Shown in pieces: positions 9,074-17,844 of a stretch of DNA of 36,455 nt. Below the pieces are notes generated by a model, which saw only the letters and a program-made list of their open reading frames with translations, had not been told where the DNA came from and did not search any database. Made by a program: the position numbers and the translations under genes. The stretch is from the NCBI GenBank assembly GCA_937871775.1, contig CALMOP010000050.1, positions 1-36,455 on the forward strand, written 5' to 3'. Position 1 is the first letter of the stretch, and every line of letters begins with the position of its first letter. The stretch is from an uncultured Gemmatimonadota bacterium. GTDB lineage: Bacteria; Gemmatimonadota; Gemmatimonadetes; Gemmatimonadales; GWC2-71-9.

Positions 9074-9518
9074 TCCGGATCATGCGCTCGGGACTCTGCG
9101 GCTTCATGATCTCCCGCGGCGCCCCGGCGGTGAAGCTGACTTTCCCTTCGACCAGCTCTGGCGTCAGCGGTCGCCCGGTGGTGAGTTCGAAGCACCCCAG
9201 CACGTTTTCTCCCGCCCCCTGGGCAGCCCGGACCCGCTCCGCCAGCGCGTCCCGACCGGGGAGTCCTTCGAGCGTCACCGGGGGAGTGCCAAATGGGGTG
9301 ATGGGCTGCACCAGAATCGCCACCTTCGCTCCGGCCAGGCTGGGACCGACCCGGACCTCCTTGCCGCCGACCTCCCGGGCCCATCGGGTGGCCTCCCGCT
9401 CGGCAGGGGTGGGCACGGAACGGGCCGGCTCGCTGGCGGGCTGGCTGACGTCCGATGCCCGCTTCTGGGCCGCGTTACGCTTGATGGCCTTGAGGTACTC
9501 AGGTTCGTCGCTAGACAC
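8985..9518 (-). CDS. Hypothetical protein with basic N- and C-terminal tails (RGG-like C-terminus)
   Basis: The reverse-strand frame has protein-like composition and GC-rich third positions. The overlapping plus-strand frame (the 9034.. extension) is S/R/A/P junk. GTG at 9518 is preceded by GGAGAG 6 nt upstream; an alternative ATG lies at 9536. I do not recognise the family. Confidence 0.6.
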   Translation of the reverse strand: MSSDEPEYLKAIKRNAAQKRASDVSQPASEPARSVPTPAEREATRWAREVGGKEVRVGPSLAGAKVAILVQPITPFGTPPVTLEGLPGRDALAERVRAAQGAGENVLGCFELTTGRPLTPELVEGKVSFTAGAPREIMKPQSPERMIRIAAKQAADLAKSRKLDDRDRGGRGSGGRR

Positions 9519-9657
9519 GGCGCCCTCTCCACACATGCGTCAGGTTGTCCTCGGGAGGCTGAAGATACACGCACGGGACCGGGCGCCGGGAGGGAGCCTG
9601 CCGCCGGCCCCGGCGCCGGACGGCACCCACCGGGAACCGCCCCCCGGCACGCAGGGG

Positions 9658-11772
9658 TTGCGGGACCGACCCGCCCCTCACAGCCTTCGCCAGCACCGGC
9701 TATTTTCAGCGGTCCTTACGGGAGCCACCGCTCTGACGACCCCGGCCGCCGCGCCCCGCCCCGAAGCCGACCCCCGCTTCACCGACCCGGCCTGGCGTAT
9801 CATCAACTCCCTCCGCGTCCTGGCCATGGACGCCGTGGAAACCGCCCAGTCCGGACATCCCGGTACCCCGATGGCCCTGGCCCCCGCAGCCTTCGTCCTG
9901 TGGGACGAATTCCTCCGATTCGATCCGCTGCACCCGGAGTGGCCCGACCGCGATCGATTCGTACTGTCCTGCGGTCACGCATCGATGCTGATCTATGGGC
10001 TGCTGCACCTCAGCGGCTACCCGGTATCGCTCGAGGACCTGCGCCAGTTCCGCCAGTGGGGCTCCCGGACCCCCGGTCACCCCGAGCGGGGCAACACGCC
10101 GGGGGTCGAAACCACCACCGGCCCCCTCGGTCAAGGGCTCGGCAACGCGGTCGGGATGGCGCTCGCCGAGCGGATCCTGGCGGACCGATTCAACCGCCCT
10201 GGCTTCACCATGTTCGGGCACCGGGTGTGGGGCTTCGTGAGCGATGGCGACCTGATGGAGGGGGTGGCCAGCGAGGCCGCTTCCCTGGCCGGGCATCTCG
10301 GGCTGGGTCGGCTCACCCTGATCTTCGATGACAACCATATCACCATCGATGGTGACACCGCCCTCTGCTTCTCCGAGGACGTGGGGCGCCGGTTTGAGGC
10401 CTACGGCTGGAGGGTCATTCCGGTAACCGATGGCAACGATCTGGGGGCGATCCGGGCGGCGCTGGAAGCCGCCCGCCAGGACGAGTCCCGGCCGTCGCTG
10501 GTCCGGCTGCGGACCAGGATCGGCGACCCGGCCCCGACCAAGGGGAATACCGCCCAGGCCCACGGGGCGCCCCTGGGCAAGGAGGAGATCGCGCGGACCC
10601 GGGCCATTCTGCAGTGGCCCGAGGCGCCGTTCAGCGTAGCCCCGGAGGCAGCAGTCTGGCGGGAGCGCTGCCGGGCCCGGGGAGATCGGGCGCACCAGGG
10701 CTGGCTGCAGCTGCTGGCCGGCTACCGGGAAGCCCACTCGGCCGAGGCCGAGGTGCTCGATCAGTGGCTGGGGGGAAGCCTCCCGGACGGGTGGGACGCG
10801 GGACTCCCCAGCTTCACGCCCGCGGACGGGGCACTGGCGACCCGCCAGGCCTCGGCGAAGGTCCTGAACGTGATAGCGGGTCGGGTCCAGAACCTGGTCG
10901 GCGGGTCGGCGGATCTCGCGGAGAGTACCGGAGCCGAGATCAAGGGCGGCGGCAGCTGCTCGGCCCAGCGAGTGGGGCGCAACATCCACTGGGGCGTCCG
11001 CGAGCACGGCATGGCGGCGTGCCTCAACGGGCTGGCCGCCCACGGGGGCCTCCGGCCCTTTGGCAGCACGTTCCTGATTTTCACCGACTACTGCAAGCCT
11101 GCCATCCGGCTGGCCGCGCTGATGGGGCTGCCGGTGATCTACATCGGCACCCACGATTCGATCGGTCTGGGGGAGGACGGCCCCACCCATCAGCCCATCG
11201 AGCAGCTGGCCATGCTGCGGGCGACGCCCAACGTCACCGTGATCCGGCCGGCCGATGCCACCGAAACGGTGGAAGCCTGGCGGGCAGCCCTGCAGCGGAC
11301 CTCGGGGCCGACGGTCCTGGTGCTGTCGCGCCAGAAACTGCCGATCCTGGACCGGAACCGCCTGGCCCCGCAGTCCGACGCGGCCCGGGGTGGTTACATC
11401 CTGCTCGATCCCCCCGGCGGGACGCCGCGGGCCATCGTGCTGGCGACCGGGGCGGAAGTGCACCTCGCCCTGCAGGCGGTCGAGACCCTCAACGCCGGCG
11501 GACTGGCGGTGCGCCTGGTCTCATTGCCGTCCTGGGAACTGTTCACCGGGCAGTCGGAGGAGTACCAGAGGCAGGTACTGCCCCCGGAGGTGACCGCCCG
11601 GGTGGCGATCGAGGCCGCGACCAGCTTCGGATGGCACCGCTGGGTGGGCGATCGCGGCCTGGTGATCGGCATCGACCACTTCGGTGCCTCGGCGCCGGCC
11701 GACCGGCTGTTCCGGGAATTCGGCTTCACCGCGGAGCGAGTGGTAACCGCGGTCAGGTCGTTGCTTGGATAG
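9658..11772 (+). CDS. tkt: Transketolase
   Basis: [28 protein letters not shown]...[25 protein letters not shown]...[14 protein letters not shown]...SDGDLMEGV are classic Tkt motifs. The start is uncertain. The conserved first helix is encoded upstream of the first ATG (9826). The only canonical in-frame start upstream is TTG 9658. The track start at 9034 is spurious. Confidence 0.9.
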   Translation: MRDRPAPHSLRQHRLFSAVLTGATALTTPAAAPRPEADPRFTDPAWRIINSLRVLAMDAVETAQSGHPGTPMALAPAAFVLWDEFLRFDPLHPEWPDRDRFVLSCGHASMLIYGLLHLSGYPVSLEDLRQFRQWGSRTPGHPERGNTPGVETTTGPLGQGLGNAVGMALAERILADRFNRPGFTMFGHRVWGFVSDGDLMEGVASEAASLAGHLGLGRLTLIFDDNHITIDGDTALCFSEDVGRRFEAYGWRVIPVTDGNDLGAIRAALEAARQDESRPSLVRLRTRIGDPAPTKGNTAQAHGAPLGKEEIARTRAILQWPEAPFSVAPEAAVWRERCRARGDRAHQGWLQLLAGYREAHSAEAEVLDQWLGGSLPDGWDAGLPSFTPADGALATRQASAKVLNVIAGRVQNLVGGSADLAESTGAEIKGGGSCSAQRVGRNIHWGVREHGMAACLNGLAAHGGLRPFGSTFLIFTDYCKPAIRLAALMGLPVIYIGTHDSIGLGEDGPTHQPIEQLAMLRATPNVTVIRPADATETVEAWRAALQRTSGPTVLVLSRQKLPILDRNRLAPQSDAARGGYILLDPPGGTPRAIVLATGAEVHLALQAVETLNAGGLAVRLVSLPSWELFTGQSEEYQRQVLPPEVTARVAIEAATSFGWHRWVGDRGLVIGIDHFGASAPADRLFREFGFTAERVVTAVRSLLG

Positions 11773-11889
11773 CGGCCCGCGCACCCGGTAGTAATGCGCG
11801 GTGCGCTCTGATACCTTGCCTCGAGACCTGACCCCGGTCCCCCGGTACGACTACACGGGACTTGCCTTCGCGGCCTTCACCCAAGACCC

Positions 11890-12996
11890 ATGCCGACTCC
11901 CAATCCCCTCCGCACTCTCGGGTCCCTGGGCCAGAGCCCCTGGTACGACTTCATCACCCGGGAGCTGGTGATTTCGGGCGCCCTGGCGCGGCTCATCGTC
12001 GAGGATGGGCTCCGGGGGATGACCACCAACCCGACCATCTTCGAGAAGGCGGTCCAGGGCAGTGACCTCTACGATGAGGAGATCCGGCAGCTGGCCGTGG
12101 AGGGGTGCAGCCCGGCCGAGATCTTCGAGACCCTGGCGGTTGCGGACGTCCGGACCGCCTGCGACCTGTTCCTGCCGGTGTACCAGCAGAGCAGCGGCAG
12201 CGACGGGCTGGTCTCGATCGAAGTCTCCCCCACACTGGCCTACGACGCCGCGGGCACCGTGGCCGAGGCGGAGCGGCTGTGGCAGCGCATCGGTCGCCCC
12301 AATGTGATGATCAAGATTCCCGGGACCCGGGCGGGCCTGCCGGCGATCACCCGCTGCCTGGCCCAGGGGATCAACGTCAATGTCACCCTGCTGTTCGCGG
12401 TGAGCCGCTATCGTGCCGTGGTCGAAGCCTTCTTCCAGGGTCTGGAACAGCGCCGCGCCCAGGGGCAGCCGGTGAGTGGCATTGCGAGCGTGGCCTCGTT
12501 CTTCGTGAGCCGGGTCGACAGCAAGGTCGATCGGGTCCTCGAGGTCCTGGGGGCGGCCGGCCAGGATCTGCGCTCCCGGGCCGCGATCGCGAATGCCACC
12601 ATGGCCTACGCCGCCTTCGAGGAGCTGTTCGGTTCGGCGCGCTGGCAGTCACTGTCGTCGGGGGGGGCTGGGCGGCAGCGTCCGCTCTGGGCCTCCACCA
12701 GCACCAAGGACCCTGTCCTGTCCGATGTCTACTACGTGGAAGCGTTGATCGGCGAGCATACCGTGAACACCCTGCCCCCGGCGACCTTCGACGCCTACCG
12801 GACCCGGGGCCGGCCTGAGCTACGGCTGCGGCAGGGCATTCCGGAGGCGGGCCAGGTCCTGTCCCGGATCGAGAAGCTGGGGGTGGATCTGGACGAGATC
12901 ACCCAGGTGCTCGAGGAGGAGGGCGTGAAGGCCTTCGCCGCCTCATTCCAGTCGCTGCTTGGGGTCATCGAGCGGAAGGCCGCCGCGCTGGTGTAG
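11890..12996 (+). CDS. tal: Transaldolase (long, ~370 aa type)
   Basis: 368 aa. LGQSPWYDFITRELV...GMTTNPTIFEKAV...MIKIPGT...NVNVTLLF...ASVASFFVSRVD are transaldolase family motifs. It lies immediately downstream of tkt. Confidence 0.93.
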   Translation: MPTPNPLRTLGSLGQSPWYDFITRELVISGALARLIVEDGLRGMTTNPTIFEKAVQGSDLYDEEIRQLAVEGCSPAEIFETLAVADVRTACDLFLPVYQQSSGSDGLVSIEVSPTLAYDAAGTVAEAERLWQRIGRPNVMIKIPGTRAGLPAITRCLAQGINVNVTLLFAVSRYRAVVEAFFQGLEQRRAQGQPVSGIASVASFFVSRVDSKVDRVLEVLGAAGQDLRSRAAIANATMAYAAFEELFGSARWQSLSSGGAGRQRPLWASTSTKDPVLSDVYYVEALIGEHTVNTLPPATFDAYRTRGRPELRLRQGIPEAGQVLSRIEKLGVDLDEITQVLEEEGVKAFAASFQSLLGVIERKAAALV

Positions 12997-13021
12997 GGGC
13001 GACCCCGCGGGTCGCCCCTAC
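12993..13021. terminator. Bidirectional palindromic terminator (family 1) at the tal/ilvA convergent junction
   Basis: GTAGGGGCGACCC-cgc-GGGTCGCCCCTAC: 13-bp perfect arms. It overlaps the tal stop (TAG 12994-12996) and the ilvA stop (13018-13020). A near-identical element occurs at 34536-34558. Confidence 0.75.
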
Positions 13022-14547
13022 CCCGGCGCCACCGCCTGCCCGAGAAACAGGCGGTAGGCCGGATTCCCCGTTTCATCCACCCACGGATACCCCACCCGCA
13101 TGAGGAAGCGCCGGAACGCCCGCATCTCCCCGGGCGGAACCTGCATGCCCACCAGCACCCGGCCGTAATCGGCCCCGTGATTGCGATAGTGAAACAGGCT
13201 GATGTTCCAGTCGGAGCCCATGGCTTCGAGGAACCGCAGCAGCGCGCCGGGCCGCTCGGGAAACTCGAACCGGTACAGCAGTTCATGGCTGGCCAGCGGC
13301 GCGTGGCCGCCGACCAGGTGGCGCACGTGCAGCTTGGCCATCTCGTTTCCCGAAAGATCGAGAGTGCCCAGCCCCCGCCGGCGCAGCCGGGCCACGATGC
13401 TGGCGGTCTCGGCCCGATCCTCGATGGCGAGGCCCACAAACACCTGCGCCCGAACCGGGTCGGCCATGCGGTAGTTGAACTCGGTGATGTTCCGGGGTCC
13501 GATGGCGGCACAGAACTTTCGAAAGCTGCCGGGGCGTTCCGGGATGGTGACCGCCAGCAGGGACTCCCGCTGTTCGCCCACCTCGGCCCGCTCGGCAATG
13601 AACCGGAGCCGATCGAAATTGGTGTTGGCGCCGGATGCGATCGCCACCAGGCTGCGGTTGCGGGCGCGGTGCTGCCGCACCCAGGCCTTGGCGCCGGCGA
13701 TGGCCAGCGCCCCGGCGGGTTCAAGAACGATGCGGGTCTCCTCGAAAACATCCTTGATGGCGGCACAGATCGCATCGGTGTCGACGACGATCATCTCGTC
13801 CACCACCCTGCGAGCCAGCCGGTAGGTCTCGCGCCCCACCTGTCGCACCGCGACTCCATCCGCGAACAGGCCCACGTGCGGCAACCGGATCCGCCGCCCC
13901 GCGGCAAGCGAGCGGGTCATGGCATCGGCATCGACCGGTTCCACCCCCACGACGCGGATCCCGGGATGCAGCTGCTTGACGCACACCCCGACCCCCGCGA
14001 TCAGCCCGCCGCCTCCCACCGGGACGAAGATGACGTCGGGGCGTCGGGGGGCCTGCCGCAGGATCTCCAGCCCCACCGTGCCCTGCCCCGCGATCACCGC
14101 CGGATCGTCGTAGGGATGCACGAATGTCAGCCGGCGCCGTCGGCCCAGCCGCCGGGCCTCGGCATAGGCCTCGTCGTAGGTATCCCCGAAGAGGACCACC
14201 CGGGCGCCGCGGGCCCGGACCGCGTCCACCTTGATGCCTGGCGTCGTCACCGGCATGACGATGGTCGCCGTGGTGGACAGGCGGGAGGCCGCCAGCGCCA
14301 CGCCCTGGGCGTGATTTCCGGCCGAGGCAGCAATCACCCCGCGGCGGAGTGCCGCCGCCGGAAGGCCCGCCATCCGATTGTAGGCTCCGCGCAGCTTGAA
14401 GGAGAAGATCGGCTGGAGGTCTTCCCGCTTGAGGAGAAGCTGGTTGCCGAGCCGGGCCGAAAGCTGCGGAGCCGGCTCCAGCGGGGTCTGGTGGGCGACA
14501 TCGTAGACCCGGGCGTTGAGGATGCGGCGGAGGTAGTCGCTGGGCAT
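13018..14547 (-). CDS. ilvA: Threonine ammonia-lyase, biosynthetic (threonine dehydratase with C-terminal regulatory domains)
   Basis: 509 aa. YLRRILNARVYDVAHQTPLE...LLLKREDLQPIFSFKLRGAYNRMAGL (PLP lysine motif SFKLRGA). Length fits two C-terminal ACT-like regulatory domains. Confidence 0.93.
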   Translation of the reverse strand: MPSDYLRRILNARVYDVAHQTPLEPAPQLSARLGNQLLLKREDLQPIFSFKLRGAYNRMAGLPAAALRRGVIAASAGNHAQGVALAASRLSTTATIVMPVTTPGIKVDAVRARGARVVLFGDTYDEAYAEARRLGRRRRLTFVHPYDDPAVIAGQGTVGLEILRQAPRRPDVIFVPVGGGGLIAGVGVCVKQLHPGIRVVGVEPVDADAMTRSLAAGRRIRLPHVGLFADGVAVRQVGRETYRLARRVVDEMIVVDTDAICAAIKDVFEETRIVLEPAGALAIAGAKAWVRQHRARNRSLVAIASGANTNFDRLRFIAERAEVGEQRESLLAVTIPERPGSFRKFCAAIGPRNITEFNYRMADPVRAQVFVGLAIEDRAETASIVARLRRRGLGTLDLSGNEMAKLHVRHLVGGHAPLASHELLYRFEFPERPGALLRFLEAMGSDWNISLFHYRNHGADYGRVLVGMQVPPGEMRAFRRFLMRVGYPWVDETGNPAYRLFLGQAVAPG

Positions 14548-14570
14548 GGGGAAGGGGAGAGGGGAAGGGG
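14548..14570 (+). other. Canonical G-quadruplex motif (G4-N2-G4-N3-G4-N2-G4) abutting the ilvA start codon
   Basis: GGGGAAGGGGAGAGGGGAAGGGG on the plus strand, directly adjacent to the ilvA ATG (complement of 14545-14547). It is part of a ~27-nt pure-purine run. Confidence 0.6.
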
Positions 14571-14649
14571 AAGGTAGCGGGCGGTGCCAGTGGGATCCAT
14601 CTTACCTCAGTGCCCAGTGCCCTGTCCCCCCTGACCCCGCCGCCCCCTC

Positions 14650-15897
14650 ATGCTCCAGTCACTCCGACGTCTCAGCCTGACCCACTGGATCTTCATCGGC
14701 ATGGCGGCCGGCATCCTGGTCGGGTGGCTGGCACCCGGCTTCGCGGTCGGGCTGAAGCCGCTGTCCACGGTCTTCCTGCGCATGATCAAGTCCATCGTGG
14801 TACCGATCATCTTCGGCACCCTGGTGGTCGGGATCGCGGGGCACGGCGACGACCTGAAGCGGATCGGGCGGCTGGCGGTGAAGTCGATCGCCTATTTCTG
14901 GCTGATGACCAGCTTCGCGCTGGCCATCGGCCTGATTGCAGGCAACCTCAGCCAGCCGGGCGTGGGCGTGGTCCTGCCACCGCCGGATCCCAATACGCCG
15001 CTGCCCATGGCGGCGCCGACCACTTTCGGCGGTTTCCTGGAGCACGTGGTCCCCAAGAGCTTCTTCGAAGCAGCGAGCAACAACGAGGTGCTGCAGGTGG
15101 TGTTCTGGACCACCCTGTTCGGCATCGCGCTGACCCAGGTGAAGGGGCGCCCGAAGGAGACCATCCTGGCGTTCTCCGAAGGTATCATGGAGGTGATGTT
15201 CCGGTTCGTGAACATCATCATGAAGTACGCCCCGATCGGCATCGGCGCCGCCATGGCGGTCACCGTGAGCCATAGCGGGATCGGGGTGGTGCTGAACCTG
15301 GGCAAGCTGGTGCTGACCCTGTATGCCGCGCTGGTGGTGTTTGCCCTGCTGGCCCTGCTGCCGATGGCTCTGCTGGCCCGGATCCCGATCCGCAAGTTCC
15401 TGCGCCATGTGAAGGATCCGGCGGTGATTGCCTTCACCACGACCTCCTCCGACGCCGCGCTCCCCCTCGCCATCCAGCGCATGATCGAGTTCGGGGTGCC
15501 GCGCCGGATCGTCGCCTTCGTGATGCCGACGGGCTACTCCTTCAACCTCGACGGATCCACGCTCTACCTCGGCGTGGCCTCCCTGTTCGTGGCCCAGGCC
15601 GCGGGGATCGAGCTGAGCATCGGGAAGCAACTCTTCCTGATGCTCACCCTGCTCATCACCAGCAAGGGGATCGCGGCAGTCCCCCGCGCCTCACTGGTAG
15701 TCCTCTCCGGAGCCCTGACAGCGTTCGGCCTGCCGCTGGAGGGAGTGGCGGTCATCCTGGGCGTGGATGAGCTGATGGACATGGCCCGGACCATGGTCAA
15801 TCTGGTGGGGAACTGCCTGGCCACCGCCGTGATGGCCCGCTGGGAAGGAGAGCTGGCGCCGGTGGGAGCCGCGGAGGCGGCCGTCGAACCTGCCTAG
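14650..15897 (+). CDS. Dicarboxylate/amino acid:cation symporter (DAACS; GltP/DctA-like)
   Basis: 415 aa polytopic membrane protein. LTHWIFIGMAAGILVGW..., SSDAALP, and TGYSFNLDGSTLY...LVGNCLAT are typical of the SDF/DAACS family. Confidence 0.9.
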   Translation: MLQSLRRLSLTHWIFIGMAAGILVGWLAPGFAVGLKPLSTVFLRMIKSIVVPIIFGTLVVGIAGHGDDLKRIGRLAVKSIAYFWLMTSFALAIGLIAGNLSQPGVGVVLPPPDPNTPLPMAAPTTFGGFLEHVVPKSFFEAASNNEVLQVVFWTTLFGIALTQVKGRPKETILAFSEGIMEVMFRFVNIIMKYAPIGIGAAMAVTVSHSGIGVVLNLGKLVLTLYAALVVFALLALLPMALLARIPIRKFLRHVKDPAVIAFTTTSSDAALPLAIQRMIEFGVPRRIVAFVMPTGYSFNLDGSTLYLGVASLFVAQAAGIELSIGKQLFLMLTLLITSKGIAAVPRASLVVLSGALTAFGLPLEGVAVILGVDELMDMARTMVNLVGNCLATAVMARWEGELAPVGAAEAAVEPA

Positions 15898-15986
15898 GGA
15901 GGCTCAGTCCGAGGTGCCCCCTACCCTGCAACCTTTCCGGGGACAGGTCCGTCCTTAGGGCACCCCTTTCCCGGACCATCCGTTTC

Positions 15987-17774
15987 ATGCTTCTCAGCAT
16001 CGCCCTCATGGCATTGGCCGGCCCCCCTGCGCCCGTCTCCGCTCCCCTCAGCCAGATCCAGTACGACCTCAGCTTCACCCGGGAAACCGCCGCCCGGCAA
16101 CAGCTTCACGTCACCATGCAATTCACCGTGGGTGGCACCGGGGATGTCCTGCTTTCCTTGCCCGCCTGGACTCCCGGCGCCTATGAGGTGAGCAATTTCT
16201 CCCGCTGGGTCTCGGGCTTCGCGCCCAGCGCAGGCGGCACCGCTCTGAGCTGGGACAAGCTGGATTACGACACCTGGCGCATCCGGCCGGCCGGGGCGCG
16301 GCAGGTCAGTGTGAGTTTCGACTATCAGGCCGACTCGCTCGACAACGCCATGGCCTGGAGCCAGGAGGACTTCGCGTTCTTCAACGGGACCAACCTGCTG
16401 TTCTACCCCGAGGGCCGGAGCCTGGAGTTCCCGGCCACGGTGCGGGTCCATACCGAGAGCGACTGGCAGGTCGTGACCGGTATGCACGGCGGCCCTGCCT
16501 CGACCGACCTCTCGGAGCGGAACTACCACGATCTGGTCGACATGCCCTTCTTCGTGGGTCATTTCGACCTCGACAGCACCACGGTGGACGGGCTGACGGT
16601 CCGGCTCGCAACCTATCCCGCCGGGGTGCTCAGCGGCCCGACCCGGGAACGATTCTGGGTGCAATACCGCAATCTGTTCGCGCCGCAGATTGCGGTGTTT
16701 GGCGAAACCCCCTTCACCGCCTACACCACCCTGATGGTGTTCGCCCCGGCTTATCCCGGTGGCTCGGCCCTGGAGCATCAGAGTTCCCATCTCGGCATCT
16801 ACACGCCCGCGGGGATCGGGCAGGAGTGGGTCACCTCCATCACGGCACACGAAATCTTCCATGCCTTCAACGTGAAGCGGCTCCGGCCCGCCGAGATGGT
16901 CCCCTACCGCTACGACGTGGCACAGCCGACGCCGTGGTTGTGGGTGAGCGAGGGGATCACCGATTATTACGCGGACCTGACCCTGGTCCGGGCCGAACTG
17001 ATCGATTCGGCCCAGTTCCTCGGGGTCACCGCGGGGAAGATGGAGGAGGTCAGCCAGGTGCCACCCACCGCACTGGAGGACGCCTCGCTCTCGACCTGGA
17101 TCCATCCCGCCGACGGTTCCGGAACCCTGTACTACCCCAAGGGCTCCCTCGCGGGCTTCATGCTGGACATCCTGATCCGGGACGCGAGCGACAACCGGCA
17201 GTCGCTGGACCAGGTGATGCGCCAGCTGTACCAGACCACCTACCGGAAGGGTCGGGGCTTCGGGTCGGCCGAGTGGTGGGGCGCGGTGAGCCAGGCCGCC
17301 GGCGGCCAGAAGTTTGAAGGGCTCAACGCGCGCTACATCGATGGCCGGGACCCGTTTCCCTGGGACAGCGTGCTGCCCCTGGCGGGTCTCCGGATGGTGA
17401 CCGACAGTGCCTGGCTGCCCCGGCTGGGGATCAATACCCAGCAGGACTCGCTCGAGACCCGGGTCACTGGCCTGACACCCGGCGGGGCAGCCGATGCGGC
17501 CGGAGTGCAGGTGGGAGACGTGATCCTCACGCTGGGTGACGTGATGATTTCCGGGGTCCCCGGAGATGCGTTCGAGGGATTTCGCGCCAAGTACACGGGA
17601 CAGGACGGCGCCGATTTCCCCATCCGGGTCCGGCGGAGTGGGACAGAAGTCACCCTGAACGGGAAGATCCAGCTCCGGCTGAACGTCAACCGGCGCCTGG
17701 AAGCCGACCCCGGGGCTGGGCCGAAGGCGGCACGGCTACGGCACGGGTTGTTCAGCGGCGCCACCGGCGGTTGA
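15987..17774 (+). CDS. M61 family (glycyl aminopeptidase-like) metallopeptidase with C-terminal PDZ domain
   Basis: 595 aa with an N-terminal signal-like segment. Zinc motif ITAHEIFHAFNVKRLRP with downstream WVSEGITDYY. The C-terminal PDZ-like segment is GLTPGGAADAAGVQVGDVILTLGD. Confidence 0.85.
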   Translation: MLLSIALMALAGPPAPVSAPLSQIQYDLSFTRETAARQQLHVTMQFTVGGTGDVLLSLPAWTPGAYEVSNFSRWVSGFAPSAGGTALSWDKLDYDTWRIRPAGARQVSVSFDYQADSLDNAMAWSQEDFAFFNGTNLLFYPEGRSLEFPATVRVHTESDWQVVTGMHGGPASTDLSERNYHDLVDMPFFVGHFDLDSTTVDGLTVRLATYPAGVLSGPTRERFWVQYRNLFAPQIAVFGETPFTAYTTLMVFAPAYPGGSALEHQSSHLGIYTPAGIGQEWVTSITAHEIFHAFNVKRLRPAEMVPYRYDVAQPTPWLWVSEGITDYYADLTLVRAELIDSAQFLGVTAGKMEEVSQVPPTALEDASLSTWIHPADGSGTLYYPKGSLAGFMLDILIRDASDNRQSLDQVMRQLYQTTYRKGRGFGSAEWWGAVSQAAGGQKFEGLNARYIDGRDPFPWDSVLPLAGLRMVTDSAWLPRLGINTQQDSLETRVTGLTPGGAADAAGVQVGDVILTLGDVMISGVPGDAFEGFRAKYTGQDGADFPIRVRRSGTEVTLNGKIQLRLNVNRRLEADPGAGPKAARLRHGLFSGATGG

Positions 17775-17787
17775 GCCTCTGAAAGCA

Positions 17788-17822
17788 GACGCCCCCCGGA
17801 AGCGAGGCTTCCGGGGGGCGTC
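17788..17822. terminator. Bidirectional hairpin terminator between the M61 gene and susD-like gene
   Basis: GACGCCCCCCGGAAGC-gag-GCTTCCGGGGGGCGTC: 16-bp perfect arms. It starts 13 nt after the M61 stop and ends 22 nt before the SusD-like stop on the other strand. Confidence 0.8.
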
Positions 17823-17844
17823 GTGCATTGACCTGGCCTTGAGG

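Noticed and set aside
9034-9657. The N-terminal 200+ codon extension of the transketolase ORF given in the track.
   Set aside because: The extension is S/R/A/P-rich non-protein-like sequence. It lies antisense to a better-looking minus-strand gene (8985..9518) that has an SD-preceded start.
9706-11463. 585-aa minus-strand ORF antisense to tkt, and the 10614..11831 plus-strand off-frame ORF.
   Set aside because: The tkt frame carries unambiguous transketolase motifs. These alternatives are R/P/G-rich with no motifs.
13177-14577. 466-aa plus-strand ORF antisense to ilvA. Similar cases are 12795..13775, 14659..15630, 15921..17105, 18364..20049, 20056..20874, 22085..23272, 26455..27597, 26649..27809, 29167..30204, 30386..31411, 32439..33524 and 35418..36371.
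   Set aside because: Each overlaps a gene with clear family motifs on the other strand or frame and has arginine/proline/glycine-dominated composition. They are shadow ORFs.
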